Below, one piece after another: positions 10,032 to 19,890 of a stretch of DNA of 64,000 bases. The position numbers were made by a program, and so were the translations under genes. Every line of letters starts with the position of its first letter. Positions within the stretch are counted from its first letter, which is position 1. The stretch comes from Candidatus Cloacimonadota bacterium (GTDB lineage Bacteria > Cloacimonadota > Cloacimonadia > G963667145): the NCBI GenBank assembly GCA_963667255.1, contig OY762940.1, positions 320,001 through 384,000 of the forward strand, written 5' to 3'. The notes below the pieces were generated by a model, which was given only the letters and a program-made list of their open reading frames with translations, searched no databases and was not told the origin of the DNA.

Positions 10032-11294
10032 ATGAGTAAAATAGTAAAAAATTCGAGAAACACGGGGAACGCTCCCAAATGTGCTTTTTCTACACAAACA
10101 GTAGCTTTTTCCCACTACAACAACATTTCCGCTCAATTGCCTATCGATGCAAAAAGTAGCAAAACCGTTGCAGGTGGAGTGAAAGAACAAGCCGCTCAAT
10201 GCCTCAAAAATATCCAAGCGATTGTGGAGAGCGTTGGTCACATTATGTCTGATGTTGTCAGAGTTAATGTTTACCTCAAAAACATCACTGACCTTGATGC
10301 TGTGAACGAAGTTTACGCAGGCTTCTTCTCTGGCTATTTGCCGACAAGAACAGCTTTTGCCGTGAACGAATTGCCTATGAGCGATGCCCTGGTGATGATG
10401 GATGCCCTTATCTCCAACGGCGAGGGAACAACTCCACAAGACCCTTGTGACTTGGTGAAACTCGTCCGCAACACAAACGATGCTCCATTGAGTGCCATCT
10501 CTACTCAAACTGTCGCTTTTTCTCACTACAATAACATCTCAGCTCAATTGCCTATCGATGCTAAATCTGGCAAAATCGTAGGAGAGAACGCAAAAGACCA
10601 AGCCACTCAATGTTTGAAGAACATCAAGGCGATAATGGAAGCTATCGATGCTCCGTTTGATGACATCGTGAAAATAAACATCCAACTCAGAAATCTTGCC
10701 GACATAGATGCAGTTAATGAAGCTTACAAAACTTTCTTCCCCGATTCTGCGATTGCCAGAGCAGTGGGATATATGCCTGCCCGTTCAGTAGTAGCTGCTA
10801 CAGGCTTGCCGATGGACGCTCTCGTGCAAATCGATGCGACCCTCTCTCACGGAGACGGCACACCGCCACAAGCTGTGGAAGACAGGCACAAACTCGGCAT
10901 CAGTGCTAAAAACACAAGCAACGCTCCTGTAAGCCCAGTCTCTACACAAACTGTGGCTTTCTCCCACTACAACAACATCTCAGGTCAATTGCCTATCGAT
11001 GCTAAGACCGGCAAAATCGTGGGAAGCAACGCCAAAGAGCAAGCTACACAATGTTTGAAAAATCTCCAAGCAATTGTGGAGAGTATTGGTCATGTGATGG
11101 ACGATGCCGTTAAGGTCAACATTCAGCTCAAAAATATCGCCGACCTTGATGCCGTGAACGAGGCTTACACCACATTCTTTAGTGGCGACCTGCCTGCCAG
11201 AACTGTTCTCGGAGTTTCCGAAATCCCGATGAACGCTCTCGTGCAAATTGATGTTATCATTTCCAACGCTGAGAGCACACCACCACAAGCATAA
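10032..11294 (+). CDS. RidA/YjgF family protein with three tandem Rid domains
   Basis: Three ~140-aa repeats, each with STQTVAFSHYNNIS.QLPID and P[AT]R[ST]; AGGAG RBS upstream. Confidence 0.88.
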   Translation: MSKIVKNSRNTGNAPKCAFSTQTVAFSHYNNISAQLPIDAKSSKTVAGGVKEQAAQCLKNIQAIVESVGHIMSDVVRVNVYLKNITDLDAVNEVYAGFFSGYLPTRTAFAVNELPMSDALVMMDALISNGEGTTPQDPCDLVKLVRNTNDAPLSAISTQTVAFSHYNNISAQLPIDAKSGKIVGENAKDQATQCLKNIKAIMEAIDAPFDDIVKINIQLRNLADIDAVNEAYKTFFPDSAIARAVGYMPARSVVAATGLPMDALVQIDATLSHGDGTPPQAVEDRHKLGISAKNTSNAPVSPVSTQTVAFSHYNNISGQLPIDAKTGKIVGSNAKEQATQCLKNLQAIVESIGHVMDDAVKVNIQLKNIADLDAVNEAYTTFFSGDLPARTVLGVSEIPMNALVQIDVIISNAESTPPQA

Positions 11295-11313
11295 TCTGAA
11301 AAAGAATAATATC

Positions 11314-11344
11314 AAAAGGAACAGGTTTTTCTGTTCCTTTTTTT
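11314..11344 (+). terminator. Intrinsic terminator, possibly bidirectional
   Basis: AAAAGGAACAG-gttttt-CTGTTCCTTTT hairpin followed by a T-run, 20 nt after the Rid gene stop. Confidence 0.85.
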
Positions 11345-11740
11345 ATGGGGCATCGATTACTCCTCAAAGTTTTGCTTGACGGAAGAAACAACACATACTT
11401 TTCTGCTGTTATTATTATAGTTAACTACTGGAGATAGATTTTAAACTTAAATTTATGAAATGAAAAATATGAACCTTACAATCATTATTGGCATCATATT
11501 GATAGCCGTAGGAACTTTTCTAACATATTTTGGTAGCCAAAAAAAAGCAAAAGACAGTGAAGATAGAATTATTCAAAAAATTAACCAAACAGAAATCAAA
11601 TTAGAAAATGTTTTAAAAGAGGAAAATCTATCCGACGACGCAAAAAAAAAAGTAATTAAAATAGAAAATGAGTTTGTAGGTTGGGCTGAAAATATTTTTC
11701 AACACATTAATATTCGACGATTAGAAATTACAAAAAATGA

Positions 11741-12851
11741 GGGAGTGTGCAAATAACTGGGTCTGAAATAAGACCTAATTATGTTTGACAGAATAAGTTA
11801 TGAACATTTATTAAAATGCCATGAGTATAATCAAAAAAAACGCTGTCCAAATTGTGATAGCTTAAACACAAAAAAGAAGGGATATATTTTCTCTGAAAGA
11901 ACAACTAATCGTGGGAAAATTAAAGTCAAAACTCAACGATTTTATTGTAAAGATTGCCAAATAAGTTTTACCAATTTTGGATATAATAAGAGAACTCATT
12001 TTGCACCAAAATTCAAAGATAAGGTTGTTACTGACTATATTTCAACCAAAAGTTCTCTTTCTGAAGTTGCTAAAAGACATGGGATTTGTAAAAATAGTAC
12101 TCTTAATTGGATACCTCAGCGAGCTAATTTATATCAGGATAATGTGTTACACAGCAATATAGATGAGACAACAATTTATATTGATGGCAAGGAAATTAAG
12201 ATAAACGGTAAGCGAAAAGTTGTCTTAGTCGCCAGTAGCAAACTACTTGATAAACCAATATATTACAAGATTTATGATAGAGAACATAGTAGTTCATCTG
12301 AAGACTTTTTGAATAGACTAAAAAAAATGTATGACAACAAAATAATTGGGATTGTGTCAGATTTTGGGCGAGGGAAGTGCTTTGTTAAGCCAGTTAACCA
12401 ACTTTTTGAAGATGTTCCACATCAAATTTGCTTGGTTCATTATTTAAGAAGCGTTAATATCAATGTTCCTAAAACAAAAAAGAGTAAGTTTTTTAGACGA
12501 AATATTTTCTTTAAGAACTTGATTAAGAGCATTTTAAATGCTGAAACTTTACAAGAAGCTGAAAATAATTTAAGTTCGCTTAATCACTATGAAAAATTTT
12601 TTCGCCTAAAAATTCATAAGCGTTTTATTAAATCAATTAATCGAAACTTTGGTTTATTAACTGCTCATTTTCATTACGATTTTTTGGATAAAACAACAAA
12701 TAAAATTGAAAATATTAATCGACAATTGAATAGGAAATTAAAAAATTTAGACGGATTTAAATCTGAAAAAAATATGAATCATTTTTTGAAAATTTGGTTC
12801 AATAATTATTCAAAAGGAGTGGAAATTAGACCCAATTAAATGCACGCTCCC
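11741..12851 (+). mobile_element. Insertion sequence, IS256/Mutator-like, 1,111 bp
   Basis: 24-bp imperfect TIRs GGGAGTGTGCAAATAACTGGGTCT and rc GGGAGCGTGCATTTAATTGGGTCT (20/24); 8-bp TSD AAAAATGA at 11733-11740 and 12852-12859. Confidence 0.92.
11781..12839 (+). CDS. DDE transposase with N-terminal zinc ribbon and HTH (IS256/Mutator-type)
   Basis: CPNC...QRFYCKDC Zn ribbon, HTH, IDG and VSD acidic residues, QICLVH (CxxH), TTNKIENINRQL. Confidence 0.88.
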   Translation: MFDRISYEHLLKCHEYNQKKRCPNCDSLNTKKKGYIFSERTTNRGKIKVKTQRFYCKDCQISFTNFGYNKRTHFAPKFKDKVVTDYISTKSSLSEVAKRHGICKNSTLNWIPQRANLYQDNVLHSNIDETTIYIDGKEIKINGKRKVVLVASSKLLDKPIYYKIYDREHSSSSEDFLNRLKKMYDNKIIGIVSDFGRGKCFVKPVNQLFEDVPHQICLVHYLRSVNINVPKTKKSKFFRRNIFFKNLIKSILNAETLQEAENNLSSLNHYEKFFRLKIHKRFIKSINRNFGLLTAHFHYDFLDKTTNKIENINRQLNRKLKNLDGFKSEKNMNHFLKIWFNNYSKGVEIRPN

Positions 12852-13429
12852 AAAAATGAGATTCATACTGAGTCTTTAAGAATTGAACTAAACGAAAAAT
12901 GGAAAAGTATATATTTTGATTTTTTCAATAACACTAAAAATATAATCAAAGCCCTCAATAAAACAAATAATTTTCAAATAGAATATAGTTTCCCTACTCT
13001 ACCAACTAATGTTTTTTCTACCAATTATAAAAAATACCAAGCAAAAATAAACTTTAAAAATAATATTCAATGGCTAATTTCTTTAATTCCAAGAAAAAAC
13101 TCAGGTGATAATTTCTTTCCTGCAATAAATATAGAAGTACTGATTGATAATCGTAAACAAGATGAAATAACAATCATACTATATCCTGAAGAAAATAGAT
13201 TTGTTCAACACATTTTATATAGTCCTTATTTGAATTTACCACTAGAGAGTAAAGAAAGAACGATATCTAATTTAATAGAAAACATTAAAGAAATGGTTGA
13301 GTTACAACTAATAAAAATTAATTCAAGCAAATAATTTCTTTTAACTCTTTCCCCCATCTTCCCTCAAAAATTCTTGACATTCTCACGGTTACTTTTGAAC
13401 CTAACTGAAAAACAAAACAGGAAGATAAA

Positions 13430-14203
13430 ATGAAAAAGACCATCATTGCAGGTAACTGGAAAATGAACAAAAACTTGGCGGAAGCTAAAGATTTTTTTAC
13501 ACAAATCAACGCTAAAATCAAGAACTCACCTCTCGTCAATTCGCAATGTATTTTGTGCACGCCATCCCTCTACTTGGTGGAAGCCGCCGACTACAAAATC
13601 GCTCCGCACTTGCTCTTCGGTGGAGAAGATATCTCCGCTCACGACAACGGTGCCTACACTGGCGAAATCTCTGCCGATATGCTCGCCTCTGCCGACTGTG
13701 ACTATTGCATCGTTGGGCACTCCGAGAGACGCGAATACCACGGCGAAACCAACGAACTCTTGAACCAAAAGCTTTTCCGCCTTCAAGAAAAAAATATAAC
13801 TCCAATCTACTGCATCGGCGAGAGTTTGGAGCAACGAGAAAGTGGCGACACCGAGAAAGTCTTGCAAACTCAACTCGAAGAAGGCTTAAAAGATTTCGAC
13901 GCTACCAAAGGTCTTGTCATCGCCTACGAACCCATCTGGGCTATCGGCACGGGCAAAGCCGCCACAGCAGAAATGGCACAAGAAGTCCACGCATTCATCA
14001 GAAACTGGCTCTCCGCAAGATACTCCGATGCCATCGCTCAGCAAATCCCCATCCTCTACGGTGGCAGTATGAAACCGGAGAATATCGCAGAGCTCATCAA
14101 ACAAACTGACATTGACGGAGGACTAATCGGCGGAGCAGCTCTGAAAATCGACAGCTACTGGAAAATGGTGGAGATTGCCGAAGGAAAAGGAAAGAAATGT
14201 TAG
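13430..14203 (+). CDS. tpiA: Triosephosphate isomerase
   Basis: AGNWKMN, GAYTGE, GHSERR, AYEPIWAIGTG, LYGGS, GGLIGGA motifs. Confidence 0.98.
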   Translation: MKKTIIAGNWKMNKNLAEAKDFFTQINAKIKNSPLVNSQCILCTPSLYLVEAADYKIAPHLLFGGEDISAHDNGAYTGEISADMLASADCDYCIVGHSERREYHGETNELLNQKLFRLQEKNITPIYCIGESLEQRESGDTEKVLQTQLEEGLKDFDATKGLVIAYEPIWAIGTGKAATAEMAQEVHAFIRNWLSARYSDAIAQQIPILYGGSMKPENIAELIKQTDIDGGLIGGAALKIDSYWKMVEIAEGKGKKC

Positions 14204-15459
14204 ATATCAAATTTGTCTGTGAAAACCAAGATAAAGTCAAAACCAACCTTGTGGCGAAGAAAGTCGATTTGGACTTGGACGAACTGATTGATTTGGAAGA
14301 GAACCGCAAAAAAGCTCTCTTCGCCTATGAGACTAAGAAAGCCGAGCAAAACAAAATCTCCAAGCTAATCGGGCAATACAAGAGCGAGAGCAAAGACACG
14401 AAAGAGATTTTTGACCAAGTGCAAGATTTGTCCAAGCAACTGAAAGACGAAGCCAACGAAATCTCGGAAATCCAAAAGAGTATCCGAGAGCTCAGTCTGA
14501 AGCTACCCAATATGTTGGACGAAGATGTGCCAGCGGGAAATTCCGACCAAGACAACCGTTTCCTCAAGGAATGGGGCAAGAAGAAAGAATTCAATTTCGA
14601 GCCGAAAAACCACTTGGAATTGGCTAAGATAAACAACCTCTTGGATTTCGATGTTGCCGCCAAGCTCAGCGGTAGCGGGTTCGCACTCCACACGGGCATC
14701 GGTGCTAAAATAGAACGGGGGCTGATAAATTTCATGCTCGACTTCCACGCCACCAAGCACGGCTATCACGAACTGAATATTCCATTCGTGGTAAACACCA
14801 AAGCTATGACAGCCACGGGGCAACTCCCTAAGATGCAAGAAGATATGTATAAGATAGAATGCGAAGACCTCTACCTGATTCCCACTGCGGAAGTGCCTGT
14901 TACCAACTATTTTGCCGACTGTGCTCTCTCCTACAAAGATTTGCCCAAGAAATTTATGGCATACTCCGCCTGTTTCCGCAAAGAGGCTGGTTCTTACGGC
15001 AAAGAAACCAAGGGTTTACAGCGACTACACCAATTCAACAAAGTGGAGTTAGTGCAAATATCCAAGCCGAGCCAATCACCTTTGGCACTGGAAAACATTT
15101 TGTCCGATGCTTGCGAAATACTGGAAGCTCTCAATCTGCATTACAGAGTAGTTACCCTGTGTAGCGGAGACACAAGTTTCTCTTCTGCCAAGACTTACGA
15201 CATCGAGATATGGGCTCCAGGAGAACAAAAATATTTGGAAGTCTCCTCCGTGAGCAACTTTAGAGATTTCCAAGCCAGACGCGCCAACATCAGATACAAA
15301 GACGAAAACGGCAAACCCCAATTCGCACACACATTGAACGGCTCAGGCGTGGCTCTCCCTCGCTTATTTATCGCCCTGATAGAGACATACCAAAAAGAAG
15401 ACGGAACTATCGAATTACCAAACATACTCAAACCATACATTAACGGAGGAATCTCATGA
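14197..15459 (+). CDS. serS: Serine--tRNA ligase
   Basis: MLDIK start, coiled-coil arm, LIPTAEVP, FRKEAGSYG, RLHQFNKVE, EVSSVSN, HTLNGSG motifs. Confidence 0.98.
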   Translation: MLDIKFVCENQDKVKTNLVAKKVDLDLDELIDLEENRKKALFAYETKKAEQNKISKLIGQYKSESKDTKEIFDQVQDLSKQLKDEANEISEIQKSIRELSLKLPNMLDEDVPAGNSDQDNRFLKEWGKKKEFNFEPKNHLELAKINNLLDFDVAAKLSGSGFALHTGIGAKIERGLINFMLDFHATKHGYHELNIPFVVNTKAMTATGQLPKMQEDMYKIECEDLYLIPTAEVPVTNYFADCALSYKDLPKKFMAYSACFRKEAGSYGKETKGLQRLHQFNKVELVQISKPSQSPLALENILSDACEILEALNLHYRVVTLCSGDTSFSSAKTYDIEIWAPGEQKYLEVSSVSNFRDFQARRANIRYKDENGKPQFAHTLNGSGVALPRLFIALIETYQKEDGTIELPNILKPYINGGIS

Positions 15460-15917
15460 ATAAAAAAATATCCCTTATTGTAGGAGTCGTTCTCATTATT
15501 TTGGTAATTGCAATTTATTTTGTAACCAGACCAATTCCTTTGGTTAAACCGCTGGAGCTGAAAAATGTTTTGGCAAAAAATTTGGCTGAAAACGGCACCG
15601 GAACTATCATCGACCTCAAAACCGTCGGCGATTTCGATTGGGACGAACTCTACATCTTGTCCCCATATCGCAAGAACATAAAAGGGCTGAAAGGGCAAGA
15701 GGAACTCCTCGGCAAAATCAATATCGACCCAAACACCTGCATTCTCGTTTTTGCCAAAGGCAAAGTGGTTAACGGATTTTCCGCTATTCCCAGAGACCTC
15801 GTGGATTTTACACTGCTCAACGAAAACTACCCGAAAGAGAAAGCCAGATTTAGACTGCAAAAGAGACCTTTCAACGGACCCGGCAACAAACCTTGGTATA
15901 ATGTCATAACATTCTAA
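15456..15917 (+). CDS. Hypothetical membrane-anchored or exported protein
   Basis: 153-aa ORF coupled to serS (ATGA overlap, GGAGG RBS); N-terminal hydrophobic helix; FDWDELYILSPY motif. Confidence 0.7.
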   Translation: MNKKISLIVGVVLIILVIAIYFVTRPIPLVKPLELKNVLAKNLAENGTGTIIDLKTVGDFDWDELYILSPYRKNIKGLKGQEELLGKINIDPNTCILVFAKGKVVNGFSAIPRDLVDFTLLNENYPKEKARFRLQKRPFNGPGNKPWYNVITF

Positions 15918-16877
15918 ATGGGTAAATCTCCGAAAATAGTCTTTGCCGGTTCTCCCGAATTTGCACTTCCCACGCTGCAAGCACTTGCCAAGACGGAGCT
16001 ATGCCCGTGCCTTGTGATTACTATGCCGGACAGCAAACAGGGACGAGGCAAAAAGCTGACTCCGACTCCCGTGAAAATCCTCGCAGAAAAGTTGGGGATA
16101 GAATTGAGAGCCTCTGCCAACATAAACGAAAATTACGAAGAACTGGAAAAAATCGCTCCCGATATCTTGGTGACTGTTGCCTACGGCGGATATCTGCAAG
16201 CAAAAATCAGAAAACTCCCCCAATACGGTTGCCTAAACCTTCATCCATCCCTGCTTCCCCTATATCGAGGTGCAAATCCCATCAAGTATCCGCTTCTGCA
16301 CGGAGACAAAACAAGCGGTTACACTATTTTCAAGATGGTCGCCAAAATGGATGCAGGTCCTATTTATCATCAAGAAAAAATCAGTATCGAGCCTAACGAC
16401 AACTTCCAGTCTCTTCACGACAAACTCGCAAGTCACGGAGCAAAAGGGATGATAAGCACCATCAGGGAGATTTTGAACGGCAATCTCGAAGCAACTCCAC
16501 AAAGCGATGCGCTGGCTACCTACACGGAAAAGACTGCCAAAGAAGACACTTATATAGATTGGGACAGCTCAGCGGAAAACATCCGCAATTTCATCAGAGC
16601 CTACAGCCCAACTCCTGGAGCTATCGCCTTTTTGGGTGGCTCTCCCATAAAAATATTGGCAAGTCAACTCACGGAAAGCAAAGCAACCTCTGCTCCCGGG
16701 ACTATCTGCGAGATTGTCAAAAACCAAGGGTTTGTTGTCGCTACCAGAGATTCCGATTTGCTCATCACACTCGTGCAACCGGCTGGGAAAAAACCGATGC
16801 CGGCTTTCGACTTTACCCTGGGGCAAAAAGAGTTGCTCCATAAAAATTTCGAGAAAAGCAATGGCTCTAATTCTTAG
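15918..16877 (+). CDS. fmt: Methionyl-tRNA formyltransferase
   Basis: VFAGSPEFA, PDSKQGRG, VAYG, NLHPSLLP.YRGA.PI, MDAG motifs. Confidence 0.96.
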   Translation: MGKSPKIVFAGSPEFALPTLQALAKTELCPCLVITMPDSKQGRGKKLTPTPVKILAEKLGIELRASANINENYEELEKIAPDILVTVAYGGYLQAKIRKLPQYGCLNLHPSLLPLYRGANPIKYPLLHGDKTSGYTIFKMVAKMDAGPIYHQEKISIEPNDNFQSLHDKLASHGAKGMISTIREILNGNLEATPQSDALATYTEKTAKEDTYIDWDSSAENIRNFIRAYSPTPGAIAFLGGSPIKILASQLTESKATSAPGTICEIVKNQGFVVATRDSDLLITLVQPAGKKPMPAFDFTLGQKELLHKNFEKSNGSNS

Positions 16878-17373
16878 ATTTCTGCTAAATCTCGGCTTCT
16901 CATTGCTGTTAGTCCCTGCCAAAATCTTCGGCATAAAAACACAACTCCGCACCAAATACATCGCTCTTTCCAACAAATTGAGTAGCAAAGGGAAAGTGAA
17001 AGCGGAAAATATTCTGCTCCTGCTACCGCACTGTTTTCAGATTAGCGATTGCCCTATCCGCATCACGACCGACATCCGCAACTGCAAAAAATGTGGTCGT
17101 TGTCAAATGACGGAAGTGCTGAATTTGCAAGAAAAATACGGAATAGGGGTCGCCATCGCCACAGGTGGTTCGTTGGCACGCAAGAAAATCATCGAAGCGA
17201 AACCCAAGCTGGTAATCGCTGCTGCCTGCTACAGAGACCTCTCCGAGGGAATCCACGATATCTATCCCATGCAAGTCATCGGCTCGCTCATCTCCAGACC
17301 AAACGGACCTTGCCAAGACACCAAGCTGAACATAGAAGAAATCGAAGCCATTATCAAAAAAAACACAAAATGA
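16861..17373 (+). CDS. DUF116-family Cys-rich protein
   Basis: LLPHC.Q...C, CKKCGRC, ATGG..ARK, AAC.RDL..G, PNGPC.DT motifs. Start taken at the ATG at 16861 (the ORF-track extension overlaps fmt). Confidence 0.8.
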   Translation: MALILRFLLNLGFSLLLVPAKIFGIKTQLRTKYIALSNKLSSKGKVKAENILLLLPHCFQISDCPIRITTDIRNCKKCGRCQMTEVLNLQEKYGIGVAIATGGSLARKKIIEAKPKLVIAAACYRDLSEGIHDIYPMQVIGSLISRPNGPCQDTKLNIEEIEAIIKKNTK

Positions 17374-19067
17374 AAAAGAACAACCCTGACTTCTCTATCC
17401 GAGAATTTGAAAAACTCTCTTCGTGCTTCACGCTCTCCGATATGGAAATTTTCGTCTTCCCCGAGCTTTTTTACTCGCTCGTCCTCGCCAATATCTGCTC
17501 TCCCATAATTTGGGAATGGAGAAACGACCCGTGGTTCAAGGATATCGACAAAAAAAACGATTTGCAAAAAGTTAACCGCATCAAGCAGTTCATCATGGAC
17601 AATTTCCAATTCAACCTCGATTTGCAAACTTGGGGACTCACGAACAAACTGACCGAAGTAAACCGCTTCAAAGAGTTTGTCGATATGGACATCTTGGCAA
17701 AATCCAACGCCCTCTTCGGCTATCACGGCGACAAATACTATTTCGACATCGACATCCGCAAGCACTTCGGCTTGGACAAATACAACGGCGACACTATCCC
17801 CTACTGGAAAACGGAAACCGTGGAAGCCATGAGTGCTTTTTGCCACAAACCAGAATACGAAAACGGAGCAGGCGAGTGCGTCTCCTTTGCCTGTCTATAC
17901 GCCGCAGCCCTTTTCATCATCGGGAAAATACCACTGGAAAAAATCTACCTAATGGCGACACCCTTGCACTCACAAAATTTCATCGACATCGACCAAGGCA
18001 TCCTGACCAACAATCGCCGAATAGTCACCAAAAATATGTGGTATAACGGCACAGAACTCTCCGACAAAGCCAGACGCGCACTGGAAAACGAGCAAATCAC
18101 AATGGTCTGCCATCTCAGCGGTTATGTCCACTCCATCTACAACGACGCCTCCATCGACTCCGAGGCGTTTCGATATTTTCGGCAAAAATTGTCCTCTTTC
18201 CTCTCGCATCAACCCGATTCGGACACCTTCCGCAACTTCCTTCGCACAAAGCCGGAATTTCAGCAATATTTCCAATTCCCTTTCAAAATCAAAGAGACAA
18301 CATACTACATCGAAGTGGAAAAATTGTTCGCCTATGAGCAAAACTCCAAAAACAACTTTTCGGACAAATCAAAAAAAGCCCTTTTGCAAGAGATAAATAC
18401 CGCAAAATTGAGCCAATCTCCTCTCGAAAATCGGACAAATTTGAAAGATTTTGAGAAGCACTTGATAAAGAAGAAAGGAAAATTTTCCTGCCAAAAAGCG
18501 TTGGATATCTTGGAGCAATATCAACAATTCATCCATGTTAACCCGCATTTCCCCTGTGTGATGAAGAACTATCTGCAAACCCCAACTTTGGAAATAAACT
18601 CGGAGATGACCCGAGAACAAATCTTGGACTACCTCGTCTCATCCGCCGAGCAAAACAAAACAGCCGAATATTTTCTCTACACTTACCGCCTGATGAACAA
18701 AATCGATTGGGAGCCGTTTTTATACGCCTGCTTTACCCGCAGTCCCATCTGCTTGGAAACTTTCGGCACATTGGACGAGGAGCAATTATATAACGAACTC
18801 GGCAAAATGAGCAACAACTCCATCTACGATGCCTCACGGCTTGCCACTCCAGACGAAGCCTGCAACTTCAAGACAGCAGACGGCATAGAAAAAGCTATCA
18901 TCATGGCAACCTGCTTCCCGAAGAAAGCCAAAAAAATTGAGATTACAGAAAAGGAAGCGACTATTGCTATCGGCAATAACGCCTACAAATTTCAGTCAGA
19001 TAAGAGTATCACGAAAACTCTTGATTTGAAAAAAATCTTTTCTCTGATAAAATCCCTCAGAAGTTAG
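17370..19067 (+). CDS. Conserved-looking hypothetical protein with a possible transglutaminase/papain-like Cys-His core
   Basis: ATG at 17370 overlaps the DUF116 stop; 565 aa with host-like codon usage; GAGECVSFACLYAAAL followed by ATPLHSQNFID. Confidence 0.65.
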   Translation: MKKNNPDFSIREFEKLSSCFTLSDMEIFVFPELFYSLVLANICSPIIWEWRNDPWFKDIDKKNDLQKVNRIKQFIMDNFQFNLDLQTWGLTNKLTEVNRFKEFVDMDILAKSNALFGYHGDKYYFDIDIRKHFGLDKYNGDTIPYWKTETVEAMSAFCHKPEYENGAGECVSFACLYAAALFIIGKIPLEKIYLMATPLHSQNFIDIDQGILTNNRRIVTKNMWYNGTELSDKARRALENEQITMVCHLSGYVHSIYNDASIDSEAFRYFRQKLSSFLSHQPDSDTFRNFLRTKPEFQQYFQFPFKIKETTYYIEVEKLFAYEQNSKNNFSDKSKKALLQEINTAKLSQSPLENRTNLKDFEKHLIKKKGKFSCQKALDILEQYQQFIHVNPHFPCVMKNYLQTPTLEINSEMTREQILDYLVSSAEQNKTAEYFLYTYRLMNKIDWEPFLYACFTRSPICLETFGTLDEEQLYNELGKMSNNSIYDASRLATPDEACNFKTADGIEKAIIMATCFPKKAKKIEITEKEATIAIGNNAYKFQSDKSITKTLDLKKIFSLIKSLRS

Positions 19068-19779
19068 ACAACGAATCTAACCGCAAAAATTCGTGCAAAA
19101 ACTTCTTGCTCTCTTCCGATTGAAAACGGCTATCTTTGAGCAAGAACTCCGAACCCTCGCTTCTGAACTGCTCAGCAGAGCTGACGATATGATTTAGAAT
19201 GTCCTCTATCCTAGCCTCTATCACCCAGCGGACAAACCCCATGGAAAGCAAATTGTTCACGAACTTACTCTCGTTGAACACATAGACCCGCAACACATAG
19301 TGGCAACCGACAGCAGACGAGTCTATATCCAGCAATGCCAAGACCGTTCCGGACAGATGCCACCACAAAAAATTCCCTTCACCCGAACCGTAATAAATCC
19401 TCTTATCCACTTGCTCGAAAGACGACAAAAAAACCATCTGCCCCGTGAGACCTTTCACTCTCGCCAAAAAATTCCTCTTGTCACCACTCGTATATTTCAC
19501 TTCATAATCCGTCTGCTGACAAACATTGACCATCTCAGCAGTCATCGGCAAATTTTCAAAAAGAAAATTCAGAGTCGGCACACTTAGCGGGACATCACCT
19601 TGCAGGGAGTATTCAACGCGATTGGGAATCTTCAACTCCTCCTGCACTCTCCACCCCCAATATCCCGAAAAATCGAAGTCCCTTTCACATAACCTCGAAC
19701 GCAAAGAGTCGCTCTCCGCCCACAAAGAACAGAGAAGCAAACTGCAAAAAACAACACAAATTTTTTTCAACTGTAACAC
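19057..19779 (-). CDS. Hypothetical exported protein
   Basis: 240-aa ORF with signal-peptide-like N-terminus; fills the gap convergent to the preceding operon. Confidence 0.65.
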   Translation of the reverse strand: MLQLKKICVVFCSLLLCSLWAESDSLRSRLCERDFDFSGYWGWRVQEELKIPNRVEYSLQGDVPLSVPTLNFLFENLPMTAEMVNVCQQTDYEVKYTSGDKRNFLARVKGLTGQMVFLSSFEQVDKRIYYGSGEGNFLWWHLSGTVLALLDIDSSAVGCHYVLRVYVFNESKFVNNLLSMGFVRWVIEARIEDILNHIVSSAEQFRSEGSEFLLKDSRFQSEESKKFLHEFLRLDSLSNF

Positions 19780-19890
19780 TCCAATCTCAAAAACACTCTA
19801 ATTCATTAATTTATAAAATATTTACTTGACAAATAGCCTACCAAAACCAGCATATTTGGAAATCAAAACAAATTCGGAGAAAAAATAGAA

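Larger units (their letters stand above)
11460..13334 (+). pseudogene. Membrane-anchored hypothetical gene interrupted by an IS (reconstructed ~251 aa)
   Basis: ORFs 11460..11756 and 12840..13334 join in frame (...LEITKNE|IHTESLR...) once the IS and one TSD copy are removed; N-terminal TM helix plus coiled coil; AT-rich. Confidence 0.85.

Noticed and set aside
17049..17369. N-terminal 107-aa extension of the 672-aa ORF
   Set aside because: Overlaps the DUF116 gene in another frame and has atypical composition; the ATG at 17370 overlapping the DUF116 stop is the better start.
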